A DNA stretch of 64,000 nucleotides from an uncultured Gemmatimonadaceae bacterium (GCA_963843845.1 CAWJMB010000002.1:3136001-3200000), one strand, 5' to 3'. Positions 52,896-63,180 are shown, counted from the first letter of the stretch. Made by a program: numbers and translations. Notes: generated from the letters alone by a model not told the origin.

Positions 52896-53894
52896 TCAGC
52901 GCCCGGCCGCTTTCTGTCCGTACTCCACGGCCTTGAAGCCGTTGTCGCCCCAGCCGGCGATGAAGACCGAGAAGCCCTGCTTCATTCGCTGCTCGACCGT
53001 CTGCGGATCGTTCGCCGGGTAGCCGCACGGCACCTTGAATTCCTTGCACGCGGCGAGCACCTGCTGGATCGACGCCTCCCACGCCTCGGCGTCGAACGTC
53101 CGCTGCTTCGTCGTGGAGTCGATCGTCGAGAACACGCCCCGAAGTGTGCCGGCGCCGGGGAAGAGCGCGGCGATCCCCTTCACGGCCGCGATCTCGCGGG
53201 TGCGTGCGAGCCCCTCTTTGCTCTCGATGATCGCCCACGCGGTCAGCTCCCCCTTCGGGTTGAGCGGCCACACGTCGGCCTTCGCTCGGTAGTCGCTCTC
53301 GCTGACGCCCCAGAACGCCGGCGCCGTCCCGACGCCGTCGGGGCGCGTGCCGCCGTGCTTCCTGAACCGCATCGCGGCGAGCCCGCTCTTGAGCTCGTCC
53401 GCGCTCGTCACGTCGACGAACACGATCGTGCTCACGCCGAGGTCGAGCTGCTTGGCGATGCGCTGCGCGGCGATTGCGCGGTCCGGCGCGACTTCCGGCG
53501 TCTTCACGGCGACCGGGTGGCGCAGGTGCGCGTACGGCGTCTTCGTCGTGCTCCCCGCGTCCATGATCCCCTTCATGAACTCCATGAAGCCGGGGTAGCC
53601 GCGGTCGAAGTTCCCCTCCATGCTGCCGTCGAAGATGAAGTCGGCCTGTGCGTAGGCCATCGCGTCGCGCGCCAGCTCGGCCTGCGTCTTCTGCGGCGCG
53701 GGCGGCGTCTCGGCGGCGGGGCGGGCCATCCCCGGCGGGCCGCCGACGCGCGGATTCGCCGGAGCGTACAGCCCGAACACCGGCTTGCCGGCCACGTGCA
53801 GGTCGATCATCGGATTCAGATGCCCCGGCGCCTGGACGGCGCGAGGAGCGGCGGCCGAGGCGGCCGCGAGGGTGAGCAGAACGACAGCGCGCAC
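52896..53894 (-). CDS. HpcH/HpaI aldolase-like protein with apparent signal peptide
   Basis: KQLDLGV, DVWPLNPKGEL, IIESKEG, FPGAGTL; GTG start at 53894 inferred. Confidence 0.78.
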   Translation of the reverse strand: MRAVVLLTLAAASAAAPRAVQAPGHLNPMIDLHVAGKPVFGLYAPANPRVGGPPGMARPAAETPPAPQKTQAELARDAMAYAQADFIFDGSMEGNFDRGYPGFMEFMKGIMDAGSTTKTPYAHLRHPVAVKTPEVAPDRAIAAQRIAKQLDLGVSTIVFVDVTSADELKSGLAAMRFRKHGGTRPDGVGTAPAFWGVSESDYRAKADVWPLNPKGELTAWAIIESKEGLARTREIAAVKGIAALFPGAGTLRGVFSTIDSTTKQRTFDAEAWEASIQQVLAACKEFKVPCGYPANDPQTVEQRMKQGFSVFIAGWGDNGFKAVEYGQKAAGR

Positions 53895-54016
53895 GCGGAG
53901 CTTCTCTCGGTGAGGGGGAGGCGGGACGTCGCCGACGCTAGGGGCGTCGCACTGACGTATGTGCTCCACTACGTGCGGCGTCCGCGCTTCGCTGGCGCCG
54001 CACTATCTTGCGCGCC

Positions 54017-54769
54017 ATGCAACGCCTCGTCTCTGCCTGGACGTGGAGCGTGTGGATCACGCTCGTGTTCCTCGGCTTTCCCGTCGCCTGCGTCATCTTC
54101 GCGCTCACCGCGCCGTTCGATCCGGGGCGCTACGTCGCCGGACGCTTCTTCCGACTCATCGGCAAGTCCGGCGCGGCGCTGAATCCGTGGTGGCACTTCC
54201 GCACGACCGGCGTGCGGATCACCGACCCGCGCCACCCGTACGTCGCGGTCGCGAACCACGAGTCGTACGCCGACATCTTCCTGCTCTGCTATCTGCCGTG
54301 GGAGATGAAGTGGCTCGCGAAGAAGCAGGTCTTCCGCATCCCGGTCATGGGGTGGCACATGTGGCTGGCCGGCGACGTGCCGCTCGTGCGCGGCAACCGA
54401 TCGAGCGCGGTCGGGGCGCTGGCCAAGTGCCGCGACCGCCTCGCGAAGCGGGTCTCGGTCATGATCTTCCCCGAGGGAACGCGCTCGCCGACCGACGAGC
54501 TGCTGCCGTTCAAGGACGGGGCGTTCGCGCTCGCCGTCGAGGCGCAGGTGCCGGTGCTGCCGATCGCGATCGCCGGCACGCGCGACGCGATGGCCAAGCA
54601 CTCGTTCCTCGTCGGCCACGCGACCGCCGCCTGCCGGGTGCTCGAGCCGATCGAGACGACCGGGCTCGGGCCGAGCGACGTCCCCGCGCTCCGCGAGCGC
54701 GTCCGCGCGCTGATCGACGACGCACGCCACGAGCTGCGCGCCGAGCTGGCCCGGGGGACCCGCGCATGA
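54017..54769 (+). CDS. plsC: 1-acyl-glycerol-3-phosphate acyltransferase family protein
   Basis: NHESYAD (HX4D), FPEGTRS. Confidence 0.88.
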   Translation: MQRLVSAWTWSVWITLVFLGFPVACVIFALTAPFDPGRYVAGRFFRLIGKSGAALNPWWHFRTTGVRITDPRHPYVAVANHESYADIFLLCYLPWEMKWLAKKQVFRIPVMGWHMWLAGDVPLVRGNRSSAVGALAKCRDRLAKRVSVMIFPEGTRSPTDELLPFKDGAFALAVEAQVPVLPIAIAGTRDAMAKHSFLVGHATAACRVLEPIETTGLGPSDVPALRERVRALIDDARHELRAELARGTRA

Positions 54770-55829
54770 GCCTTCCGCTCACCACGTCGATCGCCGACGA
54801 TGCGCCGCTCACGCTCGACGCGCTCGAGGAGCGGCTGTCGCGTCCGACGAGCGGGGTGCTGGGCGTGGTCGGGCGGCTGACCGGCGATGTGCTCGTCCTG
54901 GGTGCCGGGGGCAAGATGGGGCCGTCGCTCGCCCGCATGGCGCGGCGCGCGCTCGACGAGCTCGGCGGCGACCATCGGACGCGGCAGGTGATCGCCGTGT
55001 CGCGCTACTCGGACGGTGCGGCGCGCGAGGCGCTCGAAGCGGTCGGCGTGCGCACGATCGCGACCGACCTCACCGCGCCCGGGGCCCTCGCGGCGCTCCC
55101 CGACGCCCCGTCGGTCGTCTACATGGCCGGCCAGAAGTTCGGCACGTCGGACGCGCCGGCGCGCACGTGGGGCGTGAACACGTTCCTGCCGGGACAGGTC
55201 GCCGAGCGCTACGGGGCGTCGCGCATCGTCGCGTTCTCCACGGGCAACGTGTATCCCCCCTCGCCGGCGAACGGACGGGGCACGCCGGAAGACGCCGCGC
55301 TCACCCCGCTCGGCGAGTACGCGAACTCGTGCGTCGGGCGCGAGCGGGTGCTCGAGTACGTCTGCGAGCGGCAGGGAACGCCGCTCGCGATCGTGCGACT
55401 CAGCTACGCGGTCGACCTGCGCTACGGCGTCGTCGTCGACATCGCGCGGCGCGTGCAGCGCAGCGAGCCGGTCGACGTGCGGACGGGGTGGGTGAACGTG
55501 ATCTGGCAGGGGGACGCGAACGCGCTCGCGCTGCAGTGCTTCGCGCGCGCCGACACGCCGCCTTCGTCGTGAACGTGACCGGCGCGGACGCCGTGTCGGT
55601 CCAGGACATCGCGCGCCGCGCGGGGCGCACCTTGCGGCGCGAGCCGCGCTTCGTCGGCATGACGGCCCCCGACGCGCTGCTCAGCGACACGACGCTCGCG
55701 CAGCGGATGTTCGGGCCGCCGCAGGTGTCGACGGTGCGGCTCGTCGACTGGGCGGCGCAGTGGCTCGCGGCCGGGAACCCGACGCTCGACCGGCCGACGA
55801 AGTTCGAGGTGCGCGATGGCAAGTACTGA
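54766..55829 (+). CDS. NAD-dependent epimerase/dehydratase, frameshifted near 55562
   Basis: GAGGKMGP, FSTGNVY, YANSC; continues as VVNVTG...PTKFEVRDGKY in another frame. Confidence 0.85.
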
Positions 55830-55865
55830 CGGTCGGGCCGCGGAGCGCGGAACTCCGGGCGGGCG

Positions 55866-56927
55866 GTGAACCTTCGCCAGCACCTGCTCGCCGGCCAGGT
55901 CATCCCGGCGCACCCGCTCGCGCTCACGCCGTCGCGCACGCTCGACGAACGGCACCAGCGCGCGCTGACGCGCTATTACGTCGCGGCGGGCGCGGGGGGG
56001 ATCGCGGTCGGCGTGCACACGACACAGTTCGAGATCCACGACCCGAACGTCGGGCTGTACCGCGCAGTGCTGGAGCTGGCGGCGGAGACGGCGACGGCGG
56101 CGTTGGGCACCGAGACGGTCGGCACGTCGCCGCGCGACTTCGTGCGCGTCGCGGGACTCGTCGGGGAGACGCGACAGGCGACCCACGAGGCGCAGGTCGC
56201 GCTGTCGCTCGGCTACCACTGCGGGCTGCTCAGCCTCGCCGCCTACCGCGAGGCCGACGACGCCACGCTGCTCCGCCACTGCCGAGCCGTCGCCGACACG
56301 ATCCCGCTGTTCGGCTTCTACTTGCAGCCGGCGGTCGGCGGACGCGAGCTCGGCTACCGCTTCTGGCGCGAGTTCGCGGAGATTCCGAACGTCGTCGCGA
56401 TCAAGATCGCGCCGTTCGACCGATACCGCACGATCGACGTGGTGCGAGCGATCGCGGCAGCGGGTCGGACGGACATCGCGCTCTACACCGGCAACGACGA
56501 CAGCATCGTCGCCGATCTGCTGACGCCGTTCCCGGTCGTCGTCGGCGGGCGGCGGGAGACGCGGCGCATCGTCGGCGGCCTCCTAGGGCAGTGGGCCGTC
56601 TGGACCCACTCGGCCGTCGCCATGCTCCGCGCGGCGCGCGAGGTCGACGAGGGCGCGCAGACGAGGGAGTGGCTGGCCTTCGGCGCCGCGCTGACCGATG
56701 CGAACGGCGCGCTGTTCGATCCGCGCAACGGCTACGCGGGGTGTCTGCCGGGGATCCACGAGGTACTGCGGCGGCAAGGGTTGCTGTGCGGCACGTGGAC
56801 GCTGAACCCGCGCGAGCGACTGTCGCCCGGGCAGACCGACGAGATCGACCGCGTGCTGCGCGACCACCCCCAGCTCACCGACGACGCGTTCGTGGCCGAG
56901 CACCGCGACGCGTGGCTGCGCGACTGA
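55866..56927 (+). CDS. DapA/dihydrodipicolinate synthase-like aldolase family protein
   Basis: IPAHPLAL, GVHTTQF, FYLQPAVGG, IKIAPF, YTGNDD. Confidence 0.85.
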   Translation: MNLRQHLLAGQVIPAHPLALTPSRTLDERHQRALTRYYVAAGAGGIAVGVHTTQFEIHDPNVGLYRAVLELAAETATAALGTETVGTSPRDFVRVAGLVGETRQATHEAQVALSLGYHCGLLSLAAYREADDATLLRHCRAVADTIPLFGFYLQPAVGGRELGYRFWREFAEIPNVVAIKIAPFDRYRTIDVVRAIAAAGRTDIALYTGNDDSIVADLLTPFPVVVGGRRETRRIVGGLLGQWAVWTHSAVAMLRAAREVDEGAQTREWLAFGAALTDANGALFDPRNGYAGCLPGIHEVLRRQGLLCGTWTLNPRERLSPGQTDEIDRVLRDHPQLTDDAFVAEHRDAWLRD

Positions 56928-56955
56928 CGGCTGTCCCTCGCACCCCCTACATGCC

Positions 56956-58059
56956 ATGCGCTTGCACTTCGCACGCTCCGAGCTGCTGCTGATCGGTGCC
57001 GCGCTCGCCGCCACGGCCGCGGCGGGACTCACCGCCGGCGAGCGCGCGGGGCCGATCGTCGCGTTCGGCACCTCGGCGCTCGGCCTGTCGCTGCTCGCGA
57101 CGATGGTCGGCTCGGCGACCGAGAACATCGGCGAGCGGCTCGGGCCCGGCGCGACCGGGGTGCTGCAGGCGGCGTTGGGCAACCTCCCCGAGCTGTTCGT
57201 CTGCATCTTCAGCCTCCGCGCCGGGCTCGTCGACGTCGTGCGCGGCGCGCTCGTGGGGGCGGTGCTCGCGAATCTGCTGCTCATCCTCGGGCTCGCGATC
57301 CTCGTCGGGGGGGTCAAGCACGGCACGCAGGTCTTCGGCTCCGGCGTCGCGCGCATGGTCGCGACGCTCATGCTGATCGCCGTCGCGGCGCTCGCGATGC
57401 CCACGCTGGCGCACACGCTCCACACGCCGGCGCAGGCGCACGAGGCCGCGCTGAGCGCGACGTGCGCGGTCGTGCTGCTCGTGATCTTCGCGTGTAGCCT
57501 GCCCTTCTCACTCCGGGCGAGCGCGGCGCGGGCCGCGCAGGAGGCAGGGCCGCCGGCCGCCGATGGGGTGCCGGGCTCGGCGGCGCCGCGACACGAGGCG
57601 TGGCCGCTCGCGCAGGCGGTCGTGGTGCTCGCGGTCGCCGGCGTCGGTGCGGCGCTCGTCTCCGAGTGGTTCGTCGACGCGCTGCTGCCGGCGACGCAGC
57701 GGATCGGCCTGACGCCCGGGTTCACGGGGCTCGTCATCGTGGCGATCGCCGGGAACGCGGTCGAGAACGTCGTCGGCATCAAGCTCGCCGCGCAGAACAA
57801 GCCGGACTACGCGATGAGCGTCGTACTCAACAGCTCACTGCAAGTGGCGCTCGCGCTCACGCCGGTGCTCGTGCTCGCATCGTTCTTCATCGGGCCGACG
57901 CCGCTCACGCTCGTGCTCCCCCCGCTGCTCGTCGCGGCGCTCGCGCTCGCCGCGATCGTCAGCGCGATCATCGTGATCGACGGCGAGTCGATCTGGCTCG
58001 AGGGGGTGGCGCTGATCGGCCTCTACGTGATGATCGCCGCCGCGTTCTTCTGGGGGTGA
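56956..58059 (+). CDS. Ca2+/H+ antiporter (CAX/ChaA family)
   Basis: GNLPE and GNAVE alpha-repeats; multiple TM helices. Confidence 0.9.
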   Translation: MRLHFARSELLLIGAALAATAAAGLTAGERAGPIVAFGTSALGLSLLATMVGSATENIGERLGPGATGVLQAALGNLPELFVCIFSLRAGLVDVVRGALVGAVLANLLLILGLAILVGGVKHGTQVFGSGVARMVATLMLIAVAALAMPTLAHTLHTPAQAHEAALSATCAVVLLVIFACSLPFSLRASAARAAQEAGPPAADGVPGSAAPRHEAWPLAQAVVVLAVAGVGAALVSEWFVDALLPATQRIGLTPGFTGLVIVAIAGNAVENVVGIKLAAQNKPDYAMSVVLNSSLQVALALTPVLVLASFFIGPTPLTLVLPPLLVAALALAAIVSAIIVIDGESIWLEGVALIGLYVMIAAAFFWG

Positions 58060-58090
58060 CGGGCGGCGCGCCGACGTGACGACGGCGTCG

Positions 58091-58471
58091 TCACGTCGGC
58101 GGGATCGTCAACTGCACCTCATCCCCGGCGTTCACCGCGATCTCCTGTGTCGCCGACGGCGCCCGGCCGCCGATCGGGTCGGCGACGAAGCGCAGCGAGA
58201 GCGACCCCTGCACGATCGACGGCGGGATCGTCAGCACCTGCGTCGAGTTGCCGGTGACGGTCCCGAGCCGCACGCGCTGCGAGCCGCGGTACGCGTAGAT
58301 GTTGCGGTCGAGGAAGCCCTGGTTGATGACGCGGACCGTCGTGCGCGCGATCGGCGCCGGGGCGTTCTTCCCCTTGCCATAGCACGCCGAGAGACCGGCG
58401 GTCACGAACGTCGCGAGGAACGCCGTCACGAACGCTCGGCGGCCGAGGCGGTGTGGAAGCGGGGGGTGCAT
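58091..58471 (-). CDS. Small lipoprotein
   Basis: GRRAF and LSAC lipobox; beta-rich mature part. Confidence 0.7.
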   Translation of the reverse strand: MHPPLPHRLGRRAFVTAFLATFVTAGLSACYGKGKNAPAPIARTTVRVINQGFLDRNIYAYRGSQRVRLGTVTGNSTQVLTIPPSIVQGSLSLRFVADPIGGRAPSATQEIAVNAGDEVQLTIPPT

Positions 58472-58633
58472 GGCGGCTTGAGCCGGAGCGGGTGGTGTGC
58501 GCGAGTCAGCGCGGAGCATGCGATGCCGTAGCATACCCCGTTCCGACCGCGGCGGCACACTGGAAGGGCGCCCTCTCGCGGGACCGGCGCCCACGCGGCA
58601 CCTTGCACGTCGACACTCGACGAGGAGCCCAGC

Positions 58634-59665
58634 ATGCGTGCTCGCCCGCTCACCGCACTCGCACCGCTCGCGGTCACTGCGCTCGCCATGTCCGCCCAGC
58701 CGCCGGCGCAGGGGGCGAAGACCGTCCCGCTGCAGGAGTGGAACGTGCCGTGGCAGGAGAGCCGCCCGCGCGACCCGGTGATCGACGCGGCGGGGCGCGT
58801 GTGGTTCGTCGGGCAGGTCGGCAACTACGTCGCGACGCTCGACCCGACGAGCGGCCAGTTCCGCAAGTTCGCGCTCGATTCGGGCACGAATCCGCACAAC
58901 GTCATCGTCGACCGTCGTGGGACCGCCTGGTTCACGGGGAACCGCAACGGCACGATCGGCCGCATCGACGCGCGGAGCGGGAAGATCACGAGCTACCCCG
59001 TCCCCGGGAACGTTCGCGACCCACACACACTGATCGAGGGGCGCGACGGCAGTCTCTGGTTCACCGCACAGTTCGGGAACGTCGTCGGTCGCCTCACGCC
59101 GAGCGACGGAGCGGTGCGGCTCGTGAAGATGCCGATCGACGCGTCGCGCCCGTACGGCATCGTGCTCGACTCGAAAGGGCACCCGTGGTTCGACCTGTTC
59201 GGCACGAACCGCATCGGCACGATCGACCCGGCGACGATGCAGTTGCGCACCTTCACGCTGCCGAACGAGAGATCGCGCCCGCGCCGCATCGCCGTCACGA
59301 GCGACGACATGGTCTGGTACGTCGACTACACGCGGGGCTTCCTCGGCCGCCTCGACCCGCGAACGGGAGCGGTGCAGGAGTGGCAGAACCCGGGCGGGCC
59401 GGGGGCGCTGCCCTACGCGATGACGGTCGACGATCAGGATCGGCTCTGGTTCGTCGAGACCGGGCGCCAGCCGAACCGGCTCGTCGGCTTCGACCCGAAG
59501 ACGCGTGGCTTCTTCGGGCTGAGCGCGATCCCGAGCAACGGGAGCAAGGCGAACGCCGTGCGCCACATGACGTTCGACCGCACGAGCGGCCACATCTGGT
59601 TCGGGACCGACGCCGGAACGATCGGGCGCGCGACCGTGGGGACGAAGACGCGGCCGATTCTCTAG
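58634..59665 (+). CDS. Secreted Vgb (virginiamycin B lyase)-like beta-propeller
   Basis: Repeated P..(I/L)..D..G.(V/L)WF blades; signal peptide. Confidence 0.82.
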   Translation: MRARPLTALAPLAVTALAMSAQPPAQGAKTVPLQEWNVPWQESRPRDPVIDAAGRVWFVGQVGNYVATLDPTSGQFRKFALDSGTNPHNVIVDRRGTAWFTGNRNGTIGRIDARSGKITSYPVPGNVRDPHTLIEGRDGSLWFTAQFGNVVGRLTPSDGAVRLVKMPIDASRPYGIVLDSKGHPWFDLFGTNRIGTIDPATMQLRTFTLPNERSRPRRIAVTSDDMVWYVDYTRGFLGRLDPRTGAVQEWQNPGGPGALPYAMTVDDQDRLWFVETGRQPNRLVGFDPKTRGFFGLSAIPSNGSKANAVRHMTFDRTSGHIWFGTDAGTIGRATVGTKTRPIL

Positions 59666-59689
59666 AGCGAATCGCGGATGCGTTTGCCG

Positions 59690-60998
59690 TCAGGCGATCC
59701 CGGTCCGGATCGCCTTCAGCACGGAGTCGGAGAACACGTCGAGCTCCGCCGGCGTCGTGTAGACGTTCGGCGTGATGCGGATTCCGGAGAACTCCGGGAA
59801 GACGATCGGCGTCGTGACGATGCGTGCCGTGGTGTAGAGCCACGCGCCGAGCTTCGCGGGGTCGATGCCGTCGACGGCGAAGAAACCGATCGCGCCGGCT
59901 TTCGTCGGATCCTTCAACGGGGTCAGCACCTTCACGCGGTCGCTCTCGGCGAGCAGCCGCTTCGCCCAGCGGTCGCGCAGCTAGCGCAGGCGCGCGGCCT
60001 TCCGCTCGGCGCCGATGCCGCGGTGAAACGCGAGCGCGGCGGCGATCGCGTTGTGATTCGCGGCGGGATGCGTGCCGATCTCCTCGAACTTGCGGATGTC
60101 GTTCGTCCTGCGCGGCGACCGCCGCCATGAGCGGCCACACCTTGCTGATCTTCTCGCGGCGGACGTAGAGGAAGCCGGTGCCGATCGGCGCGAGCAGCCA
60201 TTTGTGCAGGCTCGTGCCGTAGTAGTCGGCGCCCAGCGCGTCGCGCGTGAAGGGGAAGTGCGCGAACGCGTGCGCCCCGTCGACGATGACCTCGATGCCT
60301 AGCGGCCGAGCCACGTCGACGATGCGGCGGACGGGGAGGATCTGCCCCGTCAGGTTGGTGATGTGGGGCAGCTCGATGACCTTCGTGCGCGGCGTGATCG
60401 CGGCGCGGAACCGCTCGACCACGTAGTCGTCGCTCGGCGGCGGCACGGTGAACGTGATCGGCTTCACGACGATCCCGTCGCGCCGGGCGCGCTGGTCCCA
60501 CGCGGTGAGCATGCGCGGGTAGTTCTGCGTCGTGACGACGACCTCGTCGCCGCGCGCGAGGTCGAGGCCGAGGATCATCGTCTCGTTCGCTTCGGAGGCG
60601 TTGCGCATGATCGCCATCTCTTCGGGATCACAGCCGAACTCGCGCGCCAGTTCGCGCCGCACGCTCTCGATGCGCGGCTCCAGCTCGCGCCACATGTGCT
60701 GGACAGGCAGCTCGTTCGAGAAGCGCAGATCGCGGATCATCTGCTCCAGCACGTGCGTCGGCGCGGGGCTGACGCCGCCGTTGTTCAGGTTGATCAGCGT
60801 GCGGTCGAGGTCGAACGCGCGGTGGATCTCGGTCCAGTAGTCCTCGTCGCCCGCGACGTCGGCCGTGACGCGGGCGGCGCCGATCTCCGTGGCACGGCGC
60901 AGCGCGACGCCGGCGCGCTCGGCGAATGCGGCGTGCGGGGTGAGCGCCGCGAGCGTGGCGCCGGCGGCCGACGACAGGAAGTGGCGGCGAGAGGACAT
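59690..60998 (-). CDS. Tat-signal class V aminotransferase (PLP), disrupted by a frameshift near 60110 and an in-frame TAG at 59981-59983
   Basis: SRRHFL, NLNNGG, VDGAHA, SLHKWL, GIRITP. Confidence 0.85.
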
Positions 60999-61112
60999 GG
61001 GCGTGATCCGGAGTTGGCGAGGTGCGAGCTATTCTACGCGCCGACGCGGAGGTGACTAGAGCGCGGACGCCGCGAGAGTGAACGGAACATCACCTGCCAT
61101 GACGAGATGCCG

Positions 61113-61718
61113 ATGCGCTATCCGATTCCGGCCGAGCGGCACCGTACCCGCGAGGAGATCGAGCGAAGTCGGTTCATCGCGACGCTCGCGCCCGCCGCGT
61201 CGGTCGAGGAGGCGCAGGCGTTCACCGCGTCGGTGCGCGCCGAGTTCCCGGACGCGACGCACAACTGCTGGGCGTACGTCGTCGGGCCGCCGGGGAGCAC
61301 GGCGCGCGTCGGGATGAGCGACGACGGCGAGCCGCACGGCACGGCGGGGCGCCCGATGTTGACGATGCTGCTGCACGGCGGCGTCGGCGACGTCGCGGCG
61401 GTGGTCACGCGCTATTACGGCGGGGTCAAGCTCGGGACCGGCGGGCTCGTGCGGGCGTACGGCGGCGCGGTGCAGCGCGCGCTCGTCACCCTCCCGCGCG
61501 CCGAGCGGATCGAGCGCACGACGCTGGTCGTACTCGTGTCGTACGCCGACGTCGCGGCGCTGAAGCAGCTCGCCGCCGCGCACGAGGCGGAGACGTCGGG
61601 CGAGGACTACGGCGCCGACGTCACCTACACCCTGCAGCTGCCGGTGCCGAACGCCGAGCCGTTCGCGGCCGCACTGCGCGACGCGACGCGCGGGGCCGCG
61701 ATCGTCGAGCCGGCCTGA
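61113..61718 (+). CDS. yigZ: YigZ/IMPACT family protein
   Basis: SRFIA, ATHNCWAY, DDGEPHGTAGRP, RYYGGVKLGTGGL. Confidence 0.93.
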   Translation: MRYPIPAERHRTREEIERSRFIATLAPAASVEEAQAFTASVRAEFPDATHNCWAYVVGPPGSTARVGMSDDGEPHGTAGRPMLTMLLHGGVGDVAAVVTRYYGGVKLGTGGLVRAYGGAVQRALVTLPRAERIERTTLVVLVSYADVAALKQLAAAHEAETSGEDYGADVTYTLQLPVPNAEPFAAALRDATRGAAIVEPA

Positions 61719-61728
61719 GGCTCCTCGC

Positions 61729-62724
61729 TCACAGCGCGTCGGCGATCGCCGCGATCTCCTCGGCGCCCCGCCACGCGTGCTCGAGGCTCGCCAGCTCGCC
61801 CTCGAGCACGCGTCGCTCGTTCTCCTCGTGCAGCGCCATCTCGACGGCGAGCCGCTCGATCGGCGTGAGGCCGAGCGCGCCGACGCGGCGCATCTTCGCC
61901 ATCACGCGCCCGCCGGGGCGCCCCGAAAGCCGCGACGCGCTGCGCAGCCATGTCAGCACGTCGCCGCGCTCGCCGATCTTGTCGACCGCGGCGCGAACTT
62001 GCGGGCGGCTCGCGCCCCACGGGTTCGACCGCGCGAGCAGCACGCTCAGGCTGCGCTCGGCGGCGGCGCCCGTGATGAGGCGCGGGCCGTCGTCCTGGAA
62101 CAGACGGAGCGCCGGCACACCGCCCTCGATGTACATCGACGAATGGCGGAGGTGGCGCACCCGGACGTCGAGAGACCGGCCGGCGTCGTCGCGGATGCGG
62201 GCGATCACGCGCTCGGAGAGCAGCCAGTCTTTCGCCATCTGATACGGCAGTTGTGCCCCGCCGGCCACGTAGCCGGACAGAAAGATGCCGCCCATCGACC
62301 ACATCGCGGTCATCGCCGCGGGGACGGCGACCGGCGCCGCCGCGACCGCCGCGACCGTGCCGACGCTGCCGGCGACGATCGCGCGCCGCCGCCGCCGCCC
62401 GAACTGGTCGCCGTAGCGCCACGCCGCGAACTCCGGGCGCATGGGCTCCCCGATGCGCACGAGCTCGAGCCCCTCGCTCAGACGGGCGAGCCCGATGTTG
62501 TCGGTCGAGACGCGGACGCGCGTGTCGCGAAAGATCCGCTCCGCCGCGTCGATCGTCTCCCACCGCTCGTCGAGCGGCGCGAGGTTCCACCGCTCGCAAC
62601 TCCGGCAGACGACCCACACCCTCCCCTTCCCGGCGTCGAACGCGACGCGCCGGCCGACCGGCATCGACTCGAGCACCTCGTTCGCGCCGAGGGAGGTGTC
62701 GCAGAACAGACAGGTCGAATACAC
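61729..62724 (-). CDS. Hypothetical membrane protein with N-terminal zinc ribbon
   Basis: CLFC...CRSC; central hydrophobic segment; helical C-terminus. Confidence 0.7.
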   Translation of the reverse strand: MYSTCLFCDTSLGANEVLESMPVGRRVAFDAGKGRVWVVCRSCERWNLAPLDERWETIDAAERIFRDTRVRVSTDNIGLARLSEGLELVRIGEPMRPEFAAWRYGDQFGRRRRRAIVAGSVGTVAAVAAAPVAVPAAMTAMWSMGGIFLSGYVAGGAQLPYQMAKDWLLSERVIARIRDDAGRSLDVRVRHLRHSSMYIEGGVPALRLFQDDGPRLITGAAAERSLSVLLARSNPWGASRPQVRAAVDKIGERGDVLTWLRSASRLSGRPGGRVMAKMRRVGALGLTPIERLAVEMALHEENERRVLEGELASLEHAWRGAEEIAAIADAL

Positions 62725-62851
62725 GAGCGACCCTCGGCGCGGGCAGAGGAGGGGAAGCGGGGCGCGACGGCGGGGCTGGCGGCGGACGACGATATTTGTG
62801 CGTTCGCGCACCGTTCGCGCTACCCACGCCCGCATAACCCGGACCGTCCAC

Positions 62852-63052
62852 GTGTCTCCTCGTACGCTCCGCCTCCTCTTCCCGATCCTCGCGCTTCTCG
62901 TCGCGCTGTTCGGGCTCTACCACCTGTTCGCGGGCGGGCTCGCGATCCAACAGCACAACTGGCCGTTCGCCGTCTTCTACCTCGTCTTCGGGTTCGGCGG
63001 GCTCGCGCTCGCTCAGGCGCTGTGGCGCGCCACACGGCGGCTCGGCCGGTGA
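62852..63052 (+). CDS. Small two-TM membrane protein
   Basis: 66 aa from GTG 62852; two hydrophobic helices. Confidence 0.6.
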   Translation: MSPRTLRLLFPILALLVALFGLYHLFAGGLAIQQHNWPFAVFYLVFGFGGLALAQALWRATRRLGR

Positions 63053-63180
63053 GGCGCGCGCGCAACGGTGTCGGGAGAGTCAGGTCCCTGCGCAAGTTCT
63101 CCTGACGCACCGCGGGACCGGTCAACGCCCGGCGGTGGAATGTCGTATGATCGCCGACTCCCGTCTCTCACGCCGATCGC

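Noticed and set aside
58634..59665. Bona fide streptogramin resistance gene
   Set aside because: Vgb-like propellers are widespread and activity cannot be inferred from the repeats alone
59981..59983. Pyrrolysine or stop-codon readthrough
   Set aside because: One substitution from TAC, the gene also has a frameshift, and no pyl genes are in the window
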